From NCBI GenBank assembly GCA_030704615.1, contig CM060731.1:85002001-85066000 (forward strand): a DNA stretch of 64,000 nucleotides. Reading direction: 5' to 3'. Source of the DNA: Takakia lepidozioides. Its lineage: Eukaryota; Plantae; Bryophyta. The position numbers were made by a program, and so were the translations under genes. The notes below the pieces were generated by a model that saw only the letters and a list, made by a program, of their open reading frames with translations, was not told the origin of the DNA and searched no databases. Shown piece after piece: positions 1 to 12,700 of this stretch; the first letter of the stretch is position 1; each line of letters starts with the position of its first letter.

Positions 1-1707
1 TTCAGTGCGTGTTCGATGCCAAGCCACACCCTAGGAGAGATTAAAATTGTCAATGAGGGTTGGCTGGCGATGATGCAGAGTCGAAAGAGAGGATACACTG
101 GGGTGCCTTCGCCTACCTGGGACAACATAATCTCATTCCTCAATCTGGTGAGAATTCCAGTTTCTTTCCTTTTTCTCTGAAAGTTTCATTGGCAGTATTT
201 CAGTCTGGTTCTTTGAAAACATTCTTGCCATCATTCTTAAAATAAACATGTCTGTTGCAGGTGAGCGCTGGTCCCACCTTTGTGTGCGGTGTGCAGAAAA
301 CATATGCGGCTGACATTGTCATTCTCGACATCCCGGATGGCCAGACTGTGCCAAAAGTTCTTCCAAAGGGCAAGACGCCAGGTTGGAACAAATGCGAGGA
401 CAACTACTAGAGTTGGGTGTTCGGGTTCTGTAATAATTTCCTCTCTGATGCAAGGACACTTCTGCTTTTTCAGTCATGTGACAAAGATAGTCGTCGGGCA
501 TTGGCATCATACCTGAAGTCTTCAGGGTTTGAAATTTTGCGCACATGGAATTGTGTGAACAGCCTCTACCTTGTGAAAGGGGGTTTCCCTGGTCAGCTGG
601 TATGTCGTCTCCCTTCTGCTTGTGCTTTCATGATGAGTTTCAATGTTCTCTGCAGCTCCACTCTAGAAGAATCTGTCATGATCGACATCGATCATCACCG
701 ATTCGTGATAAAAATGATTGTTTTATGCCTGAGTTCTGAATAGCCGATGTACACACTTCCACTATAGATTGTGTTTACCACACTAACCTGCTATCTTTGG
801 CAGACGAGGATGTTCGAGGCGATCTGCCTGCGGAGGATTTGCACCTCAAAGACACCATCCTCCGTCCGCAGCTTTGAGATTTCTGACCAGGGTTGTTTCG
901 TCAACCCCCCCTATGAACCGCATGTCGATGACATTTTGTACAACTTCATGCAGTCCAGTCAGACTCTGAAGAGACCAGATGGCACTCCCTGGAGAGGTAC
1001 AAAGGAAAAATCCCCAACGTTCATGCAAATACTGCTGGAGTCATGCAACCACCACTTTGCACGGGTGGTCGATCTTTCTGTGTCCACAGGTTCGTTCTCT
1101 CCCTTCCGAATTGATTTTCTTTCACCAGTTCCATTTGCTTAAATCCCCCCACCAAATTGTTCATGTCCTCCTGTCTGGTGCAGGAGCAACTTACCATGCA
1201 TGCAAGGCAGGCGGAAGAAGCCTTTTTGGCATGAAGGGTGATTCTGACCTCTACAACACAGTGCTCCTCCCCCTTTTGTCTGGCTCCACTTCAGGCACAC
1301 AGACTGATCGGATTCAAATTCAAAATGATGGCGATCCCGAAGATAAGCAGGTTGACAACGACTTTTCATGTGAGTAAGTGTTAAACCCACTTTGGGAGTC
1401 ATACTCAATTTCTCAATAACATCAAAGTTACAGTAATAACTTTTTCAGGCTGTCTTTCAGGAAAGGCAGCGGTGGATCTTCAGGAGATACAGTCATTTGT
1501 GGCGAGTCTGTTTTCGACAGCCCCCTTTCCAATTTTCTGCTTCCTGATTATGCCGAAGCAATGGCACTTCACGCGGCCGAGTCCCTATCCCCTGAATTTT
1601 TACTGCCCGGCCGTAGGTGTAGCCAGCGTAGATCCGGAGTTCTTAAATACTTAGACTTAGATGCAGAGGAAGCGGGGATACATTGTACTGACTCTGAGTC
1701 AGACTGA
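1..1707 (+). pseudogene. 3' part of spliced transposon cargo gene encoding a beta-class N4C/N6A DNA methyltransferase-like domain (copy A; paralog of 51132-55243)
   Basis: Spliced translation (introns ~148-260, ~600-803, ~1090-1183): EIKIVNEGWLAMM...ADIVILDIPDG...PGWN...FLSDARTLLL...TRMFEAICL...KEKSPTFMQILLE...VVDLSVSTGATYHACKAGGRSLFGMKGD. Colinear with copy B, with the same intron positions. One in-frame TAG at ~408. The 5' part lies outside the window. Confidence 0.7.
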
Positions 1708-1846
1708 ACTATGTTCTTTTAATATTCTGTTTCATCCTCTTTGGAAAACGTTGAATCCCCTTCCTCCACCGTAGTTGTTCCTTTGGAAAGAAAAATAATC
1801 AAAGAATCAATTACCATTTAAATTGCAATATGTATGAATCCATCTC

Positions 1847-2112
1847 ACAAACCTCCCTTACTCTTGTCATATCCATTGTGCTTTCATCTACAGTGTATTC
1901 ATGCGTGCTCCATTCATGAATGTTTTCCTTTGTTCAGCATCCATTGTACATTCATCCTTTGTACTCTTTAATCCACCCCACAAACCTACCACACTCATGT
2001 CATATACGTTGTGCATTCGTCTAAAGTTTTAGTCATGCATCTTCCTGTCATGAATGTTTTCCATTGCTCAACATCCATTATACATTCATCCATTTGACTC
2101 TTATCCATCCCT
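1847..2112 (+). repeat. Two degenerate ~134-bp tandem units rich in CATTCATCC
   Basis: acaaacct...catgaatgttttcc...cattcatcc occurs from ~1847 and again from ~1980. Confidence 0.55.
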
Positions 2113-2592
2113 CATTCATCCATCTACATTCATTTTTCACACTCATCCATCTATTTATTATCCAACTGCACATTCATCCATCCTTTATTCATCTGTTGCT
2201 TTCAGGTGGGAATGACCACTGCCTTTTATTATGTCGTCCAGCTTGTTTCCGTGGTAAAGGGTGCCAATCCGCGGGAATACACTCCACTTCTTCGGGCGCG
2301 TGGTGACGCGCTCTTCAAGTGTGATGACGTGGAGTGAGCCCCATGATGTGGCATTGGCGCAAGGTGACGTGGCGTGAGCGCAGTTGCGCTCACGCGCTCA
2401 CGTGACTAGGCTCACGCCGAGGCATCCCCGTTAAGTGGAAGCCCTCACCTGTGCCCGTCCCAAAAACAACCACAAAGCATTGTGAGTTAGTGAGGATGCA
2501 CGAGGTGAATGGCAGGCTTTCACACTTGCTATTGAGGTCAAATACACATGAATCTAAGTACAGAGAATGCCAAAGAAAGCAGGGAAGCAAGA

Positions 2593-2593
<1 letters not shown>

Positions 2594-2647
<54 letters not shown>
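2594..2647 (+). repeat. Poly(A) run (~53 nt)
   Basis: Seen directly; it produces the spurious poly-K and poly-F ORFs. Confidence 0.9.
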
Positions 2648-2649
<2 letters not shown>

Positions 2650-3185
2650 TTTTTACTGTTCGGGGGATGGTCGCCATCTCTCCACAAACCCAGCCATGCA
2701 GGGAGGTCTCCGCCAATACCATAGCACTGCTACCTTAACCAAAGCAAAGCCTTGCCAAGCACAAGAGCAAAAAAGAGCTTTGTCTCATAAGGTAGGGTTT
2801 ATAAAGGGGGGGGAGAGAGACTTCCTTAGTCTACCAGGACGCCGTCATTCATCAAAGATCCAGAGGGAGGGCTCCTAGGGAAACTCCACAACCAGGCAAG
2901 CAATACCTCCACCATCACTGCCTATGTTCCCTTGTGCAGAAAACAGACAGACGAGGCAGTGAATCTTCTCTCATCTCTAAGTCACCGCCATCGCCTTAAA
3001 GAGCCCGCAGTGGCGGCGCTCACAAGAGCTTTAAACACTCCAGGGATTGGCAGCTCACGGGGTCTGCAGCACGAGCACCATCGCCACCTCCAAGCCGCCA
3101 TCGCGCGCACTCTCGCAGCGCAAAAGAAAGAAACTAGGGTTGCGCAGGGCTTTACCCTGTCAGGCTCGTCATTCATCCCTTTCTA

Positions 3186-3560
3186 GGATGAGAAACATCC
3201 ACCAAAACTTAATACCCGACGGACGCTGTCCGTTTCCCATCCAGGGAAGATGAAAAAAAATCGGGTGTTCATCCTCTGCCTTGAACCCGACGGATGTGGT
3301 CCATTTTTCATCCAGGTTAGATGAAAAAAATCGGGGCTTTTTCATTCATTTATACCTGTCTTGAACCCGACGGACGTAGTCCGTTTCCCATCCAGTGTGG
3401 ATGAAAAAAAATAGGTACTTCATAATCATCCATAGGTATTTTGGTCCCGTCGGATAAAGTCCGTTTTTCATCCATGGTGGATGAAAAATGACGGGTACTT
3501 TACAATCACAGTATAGTCCGGATGATATCCGGGTAGGTTAGGATGAAAAAACATCATAGG
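3186..3560. repeat. Degenerate ~65-80-bp tandem repeats with short hairpins (tttcatcc...ggatgaaaa)
   Basis: cccgacggacg...gtccgttt...catccag...gatgaaaaa repeated about 4-5 times. Confidence 0.6.
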
Positions 3561-3715
3561 TATTAATGAAAAAAATTCTCACCAGGAGAGAATGATGTAT
3601 TCTGGATGAAAGTCATCAAGATTCCTTGCAACCCATATTTTTAATTTTTCAAAGATGAAAGTTGGGACAACAATTCCATGAACCCAGTTCTCAGAGGGAG
3701 AGAGAGAGTCCAAGG

Positions 3716-4245
3716 ATGGCAGAAGCGGATACCATTGTACCAAACAATCTGAGCCTGGTGGTTATCATCGGGGGCTGCATTGGGAGACAACATGAGAGCA
3801 GTGGATGACTGGTTTGCACTTTGGCACTTCCGGTACAGACAATGGGAGCATGCATGGCAACTGATATAATCTTAGGATGCTTATGTCTTCAGTTTTCTCT
3901 TCATGTTGATATCCTTGCATCATTGTTGTTGTTGGGTCCGTTTCGCGTTGTGATGAAAGGCTATATTTGCTTCTTGTAGCACATGTCCCTTGAGGAGATG
4001 GCGGATATGCCATCTTGCAAAGACGGTGCACAATGCATGGTTGCAGCAATCTAGAAAACTTGGGCGAGATTTGTATGTTGCGACAGCTGATGACCTCACA
4101 CGAGCTCTTCAGCAATAGACAAGATACCGACAGTTCTTACAAGGTGGGGCTGGTGGGAAGGGTCCTGATAGGAGCGAGTTGATCATGTTGCAAAGCTGCC
4201 ACTAGATCGGGGGATCCGAGCAAAATAGCAAAGGCAGTAGACACG
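3716..4245 (+). pseudogene. Continuation of the same transposase, inverted in place
   Basis: Plus strand reads AWWLSSGAA...WHFRYRQW, an intron, then PLEEMADMPSC..TVHNAWLQQS..RDLYVATADD..GGKGPD, which is the segment that follows CxFH in the intact transposase. Confidence 0.75.
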
Positions 4246-4249
4246 TGTG

Positions 4250-5350
4250 TCATTGTTTGCATTCTTGTACTGAACTTGCATAGCTTTCGATGTTCGCGCT
4301 GAAACTCAGGCTTTATGTCTGCCCTTGTGTGTTTTTCGAGAGACTATGTCAAATGGAAAATACACGTACGTTCTGTTTTAGGCATTGGGATTTTTGGATC
4401 CCCTGAGCCAAAAACACGACGAACAACATTAAAATTCGCTTGAGCACTGTCCACCATGAAACCTGCAAAGTTTGGAGAGGGAACACCATGAGATCTCATA
4501 ACATGAATCAAAGAATTCCACATTAGCACCAGCAAATCTGCATCCTCAGATTGCATGTCACGAACTGCAATAGTTATGACTTGTTGGTACACATGGTCGT
4601 ACACATGGCAAACCATTGTTGTCCAATCCTTCACACATTTGCAGTGGTCAAACATCAGCCAACACTTCTCCAGATCATCACTCGTTTGCATCCGTTTCAC
4701 AAGGCTGACCCGCTGCCCTCCCCAACAGTTGAAAATTTGAAAAGATAAACCTTGTTTGATCATTGACCAGGAAACACACTGTCATACCTACTTCTACGTT
4801 TCAGTTCCAAAATGTTGTCCATATAGCCTCTGTTTGCAGAACCCATTCTCAAAGCATTGACTTGGTTCCGAATGTTTGGGGAACTCAAAGTAAAAAAAAT
4901 GATCCATAACAACGTCCAGTGCTGGTCCCTGCAGTTTTCTGCCCACGGAATCACCAACAACAAAAATATGGCTCTCCGAAAAGATCTTGTTGGCTTCAAG
5001 TGCAATTGCAGATGTCGTGGCAGTGGGATTGCTCTCATCCTCCTATTTTATCAACTTGGAAACTGTCTCAACATTGTCTCTGTGATCACCCTTAGAGACA
5101 GGATGGTTATGAAACCCAAATTGAATAAAGGCTTTTGTCATTGTTTTGCAACGATGGGTGACATAGTACATCCTAGTGTTACACATTGCGACACAAGATG
5201 GAGCAATTTTACAAAACTTGCACACGAAAGTGTTGTTGGAATGAGGAGATTTCCCAAGCTTGAAATGATTGTCAGAGACACCTTCCCACTCACTCTGGTT
5301 TCACTAGAAGGATTCCTGTCTTTTCCGCCTTGACTCGTACTGTCCGAAAC
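4250..5350 (-). pseudogene. Degraded MULE transposase fragment, same family as 37283-40847
   Basis: CKFCKIAPSCVAMCNTRMY, LSSPNIRNQVNALRMG, KCWLMFDHCKCVKDWTTMVCHVYD and FAGFMVDSAQANFN...CIFH closely match the large transposase; multiple frameshifts. Confidence 0.85.
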
Positions 5351-6224
5351 CACTCATTACTTGATTGGTAAGTAAAGTTGAGTCACAAAAGATAATTTGA
5401 TGTAGAAGATCATGTGCAAATGTTGTATAAACAACTATGAGTTTGACGTTGAATTATTTACTATTTATCTCAAATATTGAAAGAAAATAAACATTACGAG
5501 TGGTTTTAACTACTTCACATATGGCTATAGAATTTGAATTTGAAATGTGCTTTGGATGTGGCAACATAAGCATCATACGATGTAATACGTGATGGATTAT
5601 CGTTAGATTACAATAGATCTAACGGAATGAGTTCATGCTGTTTGCATCCAAATTTGTCCAAGTCCTAGACGAGACACGTACATCAGGGTGCGAAACAGAG
5701 ACATTGATTGTTTCCCTGCATGTATAGAGGAGCCTGATCTATTGCCATCGTGTTATTGCATCAGGTTTGCAAGTAGATCAAACCATATTTTTTTTATCTC
5801 TCTCACTCACGACAGGGGATGTGCCTATGGTAGATTTGCTTTGGTGACCAATGAGCACTTAGCGAGGGATGCAGGGATGAAGCCTAACCATATCACATTT
5901 GTCTTAATTATGATGTCACTTCACCCCAAATCTATTTTTACCGATCGCATATCTTTAATCAACCCCGTACTTGTGGGTGAAAAGCTGGCCTCTACTTTTT
6001 GCTTGCAAGTTGGATGTGTTGACACGAACATAATTATGAGAAGCAAGTCAACGGTTAGCTAATACGGAAAGACCTAGGGCTGATTTCTCTTTGTTTGTAC
6101 CTATCTGCATATTATACAGCGTAGTAGCCAGCCACACAAGTACCAGTGCATTGCACACTCGTGTAATGCACACCTGCGATATTTCTTTATCTGTCCCTCC
6201 AAGATCTTTTCTCACATGAAGCTA

Positions 6225-6932
6225 CTACCGTAGTGGGAAGGCTGATCCGGCACTAAATAATTAGAAATGAATCTGCCTAATAATTAAGTGAAAATTTAGA
6301 AAAAACTGCCGAAATTCCAGAAACTTTATAAAAAAAGCCTAAAATCTCAAACAAACTCCAAATATCAAATCTCCAAATGCATGTTTCAAGGCATAAAGCT
6401 CTAGGAAAATATTTTCCTTAGCTCTGAGAAATCCTCGAATAATTAGCTGAACAATCACTGCATTTGATGATTGACCAGATGCTCTCATGGCTCTTAACAA
6501 CCCACATAATTTGTTTTTTTTTGGTTTGTTTGTTTTTTTTTGAAAAAAAGGAAACACGTGGGAGCGACAGCTCACAAGTGAGAGGAGAAAATAACCTCTT
6601 TCATTTATGTGCCATGGAGGCGAATGAGTGGGACACCGCCCAAGAACCATACCACACCCGTCAGTAGCAAGATTTGACCCCAGAATCATCTGGGTGGCAC
6701 TTAGTGCACTTAACCATCTGAGCTACTGACTGTTGGTACATAATTCTTTTACCACATCTGGTACAGTAGATAGAGCAAGTTCATGCAGGGAGTCACTGCC
6801 GAATTACTTAAAATCTCCTCATGGCATTGCCGTAAAATCTAGAAATTTCCTTAAGTTGTGCCGGAGTGTTTTGTTGTAAAATAAAATAAAATTCGGCACT
6901 TCACTGCCGGATCAGCCTTCCCACTATGGTAG
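6225..6932. mobile_element. MITE with 28-bp terminal inverted repeats (possibly CACTA-derived)
   Basis: ctaccgtagtgggaaggctgatccggca (6225-6252) versus tgccggatcagccttcccactatggtag (6905-6932), 1 mismatch. No clear TSD. Confidence 0.7.
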
Positions 6933-7845
6933 CGGGGAGAAAGCATAAAGGAAAGATGAAAAGATAAGGAAATCATCCCATTTCTTTACGCAGGGTAACG
7001 CCCCTGTGTGGGGCATTCCGGGATTTCGGGCCTTCCCCTTGGGCTACCGCCCTCGGCGTCAGGCCCTTAAATCTGGGAATGCCCTCCACTCAGGGCATTA
7101 CCCTATACATACATACCTACATACAAGCATGTCAGGATGGTCCGAAAAGAAAACTGTTGGGATGTGTGGGTTGAGCCTATGGGGGCATCTACCATCGGCA
7201 CGTGCCGTGAGCTGGACGAGCTTATCCAATGAGCGATTATGCCGCTGACATGGCATAGGGCCACCGGACTTTTGAACAGGCTGTGTGGGTCTAACTTAAG
7301 TTAGAGCGAATCGGGAGCTGGTAAGCCCACCCCTTATGCTATTGGATCAGTAAGCTCGCCCTCCGGGTCTGCCCACCGTAATAGCAGGTGCGACGCCTAC
7401 CATAATTTGTCTGTCCGGCCTGCGGAAGTCGTTATTAGTTATTATGTCTGCCCGAAGGCCGGGCCGGGGTGGATGGGGAGGTGGGAGAGTGTGTGAGGAT
7501 GCGAGGAGGCAGATGGGTGGTGGAGGGGTGTGGTGTGAAGGGGCGGGCAGGAAGGCGATGGAGGGTGCCAAGATGTTTGCAGGGCGCTGCCCCGGTGAGA
7601 GTGTGAGAGGAGGGGCTGGCAAAGCCGAGGTCGGGGATGAGCAGCGGTGGATAACTCGTGAAGGATGGGATTGGGCGGGGGCGTGGGGCAGAGAGGCTCC
7701 GAATCCCGGGAAGGGGCCTCAAAAGCGCGACTCCCCAATTCGCGGTGACCCGCTTTATAACCGTCGTCTTGTTCCTATGAGTTCTCATCACCGCTTCTCT
7801 GGCTTCTCCGGCTTCTCCAATTTCTTTCGAGTTGTATATCTTGGA

Positions 7846-9056
7846 TGTTGGAAGTCAATTCTAACATTCATCAAGTCATATAATGAATCTTGAAGGGACA
7901 CAACTGTTAGACAAAGAGTTGTGATCTGTGTGAGTTAGACCTATTGGCTATATCAATAGTCACAACTGTTCATATGTCTTAAAGTGAGCACATGCTCACT
8001 ATTGTAACATCTTCTTCATTATCAATTACAAGTCACTCTCTCTCTCTCCATACATTTTACATGGTATCAGAGCTAGTGCTCAACCGATCCATAGAGATCT
8101 AATGAGAGTCGACTTAAGATTGTCATGCTAGTATTGTAATACTAGTAGATATGATAGTCAAACAACTATCAAAGAAGAGCTATCTTCATGATCTAAAACA
8201 TATTAATATTGATATGTTCATATTAGTATGTTAATGTTGATCTTTGCATCAATATAGTTACCATAAGCACCTAAGTATGGTGAACAAATTATTCCTAGGC
8301 AAAGAAGCCAACGATGGAATATTCATGGTGAAAAAAATTGCAGAGAAGTCATGGAGACAATTGAGTCTAATGTGGCCATTTCAAACATTTTAAAATGTTA
8401 TTCAAGCATGTAACAATTTAGATTGTTAATGATGCTTGGAGTTCCAACAAACTTGTTTAAGAACCTTCATAGAGTTATGTCATGCGGCATTAACTTAAAG
8501 AAGAGATCTAAGGTGTCATCCCAAAAGCATCACTATTGGTGCATTATTTGAACTTCAAATGAGCAATTTCTCCAACGAGAACTTCTATTGGAAAATTAAG
8601 CTATCTCTGACTAATTGATAGCAAGCCGGTCACAATTACGACTTCCACTTTGATGTGAACGAAGTCTCAGTTCGACCACGGGAAAAGGAGCACATGTGAG
8701 AGGACGTTGGCCAACGCCGACAACTCTATAGATCTTATTTAATCAAAGATTAAAATTATATGAATATGCTTTAATAGCATTGTTGGACAAAAACAGGACC
8801 TTCAGAATTTAGACTCTTGAATGTTTTCATTGAGGGAGGGTGTTGGAAGTCAATTCTAACATTCATCAAGTCATATGATGAATCTTGAAGGGACACAACT
8901 ATCAGACAAACAGTTGTGATCTGTGTGAGTTAGACCTATTGGCTGTATCAATAGTCACAAGTGTTCATATGTCTTAAAGTGAGCACACGCGCACTATTGT
9001 AACATCTTCTTCATTATCAATTACAAGTCACTCTCTCTCTCTCCATAAATTTTACA
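7846..9056 (+). mobile_element. Non-autonomous small LTR element (TRIM-like)
   Basis: LTRs at 7846-8061 and 8841-9056 (TG...CA, ~216 bp, near-identical). PBS tggtatcagagc (tRNA-Met) at 8062, PPT gagggaggg before the 3' LTR, 5-bp TSD TTGGA on both sides, no long ORF. Confidence 0.92.
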
Positions 9057-9767
9057 TTGGAGACTAGCTTTCAGCATTCATTTGGGTTGGGTTTGTAACA
9101 AGATCGCAACCTTATGCTTTCTTCGTAGGTGTCTTCTTACAGGGCTTTCATCACCGCTTCTCTATTCGTTCAGTTGGAAATCTTGGGGTGGGTTTTGTAG
9201 TATATCTTTGTCTGAAGCTCTCATCACCACTTTAGCGTTGTAAGTAGCGGAGTTTGAAGCTCTTTCACCATTCGGGTTGGATATAGGTAGTATGAAAGGC
9301 AATCTCGCAATCAGAATTTTACAATCGCATTGCTGGTCTTCCACTCTACACTTTGACCCTGATTTCGGTGGGTGTTGTCCTGTCAATTACAGGTCTAGAC
9401 AAGCAGGAGTAATTTGTAGACCCGCATCACCACCCTCCGGGCTTTGACGGGTGGGTGGGAGAGTTGCTTCTTCATCTTGTCTGATGTGCAGGGAAATCTG
9501 GAGTTGACGAAGGAGTTGAGTCTGTCACGATGGCCAGCTACCAATTGGACGCAGCCTCGGTGTGGAGCTAGTGTAAGAGCAGCAGCACGTAGTGCTCTTG
9601 TCCTTTCGAGGGCTCTACTTACAAGACGCGCTCTACTTTCTTCAGTGGCATCAGGTTCATTGTGGGGTGCGGGTCTGCGCGCTTCTGGGAGGCGGCAACT
9701 CTACAGTGCTGTGCTCTGCAGCGGTCTGTTAGCTGAGAGAGTGCGTGAGAGAAAGGACACGAACAAG

Positions 9768-12700
9768 ATGACGGTGACGCCGGAGATTTCGATCGCAGAT
9801 GGGCAGCTAATGGTGCATGGGGAGCCAGTTCTGAACGGGGGTGTCAGCTGATATCGTGTTCACCCGCAACGCTAGCCTCCATTCTGGCTTCCTGGGAACC
9901 ATCTTCTCTGAAAGCAAGAGCCGGCATGTTTTTCCTCTCGGCGTACTCAAGTATGATCCTTGCCCTGTCGTCGGCATAGAACTTCACCAAATAGCTGCTT
10001 ACATTACTACCATGTTCTGCAACAGAGAGATCGCTGGCTAAACAAAAGAGCAAACGACTTCTCTGCCAGACATCCTTCTGTACATTTAGACACAACCGGC
10101 TATGGAGGGGCTCCCTGTTTTAGTTATTTGCCTCTGAGAGAAACCTGGAAGATTTGCATCAGCATGCTTGAAGTAAATCACCATGTATCATCATATTCAA
10201 CAACAATGGAGGAACAGCACATCATTTTCCCTGGAACACATGGTTTCTGCCCATAAACTTGACATATGAGTCTGGGATATCAATCTGAACTGAGAGCTGT
10301 AGGTAGCTGACTTAATTTGCCTGGGCTGGTAGCAGGGGGCTGCGTTTTCTCTCTTGCTTTCGCTTCAAACTGTGGTGGATGACTCAACGAATGGGCACAT
10401 CTGGGCGCGAAATACAATTTGAAACGCAATTCATGCTGGTGGAAGGACTTTCTGATTTCTATATTGTCTTCTTACCACTGCTGGATGGGAGCTTTCGGGC
10501 TTCTTTACAAGGGAACGAGAAGGATGAGTTGGAAGTGTGTTTAGAAAGTGGTATGTTGTGCCTCTTGTCCTTCGATTCACATAGAAATGGATCTTTCTGC
10601 GTTGCAAGGTGAATTGACCCCAGTGACCCCAGTTTCGGTGAAAATCTATGCTCTTACCTGGATCGTTATGGGGGTAGTTGGAAACATACTGAATTTGTGG
10701 GATGAACGACGGGCAGGGGATCCAGCAGTGCAGACGACCTATGGCCTGCATTCGGTGTATGTTAATGTGGCCACTGACCCATTCCAAGTCATCACAGATG
10801 CTGTGAGGTGCGTGTGCTCTTTTTATGCTTCAGAGATCTGATGTTAGAGTGATGCTGCTAGACTGAACTAACTACTTATTCAGGGATCACAAGCTGGGAA
10901 TGCTGCAGACGAAACATTAGTCTGATTTCATATTGGATGTTTCCAGGGAAGTTGAGGCACATTTGGGCACATTCAAGCATCGTGAAAACAAGAAGGTGGG
11001 ATACAGATCATATTCCTGATCCACAATACGTGGTCTGCGACAAATTGTTGCTACTTTGATATGTTGATATGCTTGCTTGCACCTACTTGGAGGGAGAACA
11101 GAGAGCAGGGTTAACAGACTGGTTGAAAGTGGGATAGGAAATTATTGGTGGAGGCAGATACCAGGCATTCTGGACTACTTTGGGTGGTGCACTTGGGATG
11201 CCTTCTACACCGACGTCACTGCGGAAGGTGTCAAAGAGGGTTTGATCAGGTAATCTGTCTAAAGGCCTGTCCTCGTCTGTGACTTGGTAAGAGGGCCAAG
11301 TATCTGTAAATATGCATGTTTGAATTGCACCGTTGTACCTGGCAGAGATGAGCCAGGGGCTGTAGTTGTTGCAGAAAGGTCCATCAGGGGTCCAAGGCTT
11401 AGCCAGCAGCTATTTCTCATATTTGTCTCTATCCCCTTCATAAGTTCGGGGGTCCAACATGAGGATCTAAGGGGGAAGGAAAATCTGTGGTTACTTAGCA
11501 AGAGCTGGGGTTGCAGGTTGGCACAGGGTGGCACACCTGCGCGCTTCCTGATACTTGATGATGGCTGGCAATCTGTGGCTGCGGATGAATCAATGACTGA
11601 CATTGCCAGTGCTACTGTTACTGCAGGCACACAGTAAGCCACTGCTATCTTGGTCATCTGTTGTCTGCTCTTTCCAGCATTTGAACGCAAAGCTTTTGGA
11701 GCTTTTATCTGACATCAATTGTGTGTAGATATGCGAGCAGGTTGACCCATTTTAAGGAGAATCATAAGTTTCAAAAGAACGGGAAACCTGGTTACTGGCC
11801 AGAAGATCCCAGTTTGGGTCTCCAGCATATTATCAGTGATGCTAAAGTCAATCACAATCTGAAGTAAGCCATCTATCGTGTGCATATGAACAACAACTGG
11901 TAAACAGGTGTAGGAGGATTTAGGCTGGTGTTTCTCAGGTTCATTGGGAGTAGGGTTTAAGGAACTCAAACTTCGAGTTTATAGTGGAAAATGAAGGTGG
12001 ATGGCATGTAATTGATTGCAGGTATGTCTATGTGTGGCATGCATTAACTGGGTACTGGGGAGGAGTACACCCAGGGGCAACAGGCACTAAGCACTTTGAA
12101 GCAGGTGTGGTGTACCCTGTGCACTCAAGGGGGGTTCTCCAGAATCAGCCTGATATGTCATACGACAGCCTGACCATCAATGGACTGGGGTTGGTGAGCC
12201 CCACAAAGGTGTTTGAATTTTACAATGAGATGCACAGCTACCTTGCAGCTGCTGGCGTAGATGGCGTGAAGGTCGATGTGCAGAACATCATTGAGACCCT
12301 GGGTGCTGGATTTGGTGGTCGTGTCCTCTTGACTCAGCAGTATCATAAGGCCCTGGAGGCATCCATTGCTCGCAACTTCCCGGACAATGGCTGCATCAGC
12401 TGTATGAGTCATAGCACTGATTCATTATACAGGTGAGCTTTGCTGGGAACTGTGTTGGCCTTATTGGATGTGAGCTGCTTACAGTTGGATGGAAGTTAAT
12501 TGAATCTGCTAAAGGCTGAGATGCATCAAAATGAGAAATGAACTGATTGAGTGGAAGGGCTGATGTGATGTGTGGAGTGGTGTGGTGTGGCAGTTCCAAT
12601 CAAACAGCTGTGGTGCGAGCATCAGATGACTTTTGGCCAATGGATCCTGGATCTCACACCATTCACATTGCTTCTGTGGTGTACAACAGTCTGTTCCTGG

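Larger units (their letters stand above)
1..2429. mobile_element. Right end of a MULE-family element related to 36864-55755
   Basis: Carries the cargo gene paralog. Terminus 2270-2429 (ccgcgggaatac...tgacgtggcgtgagc...gctcacgc...ggctcacgccgaggcatcccc) mirrors the end of the large element (ccgcggaaatag...tgacgtggcgtgagc...gggctcacggaatagcacccccc). Confidence 0.7.

Noticed and set aside
2390-2878. Poly-K and poly-F ORFs
   Set aside because: Artefacts of the poly(A) run; no TSD was found to support a retrocopy.
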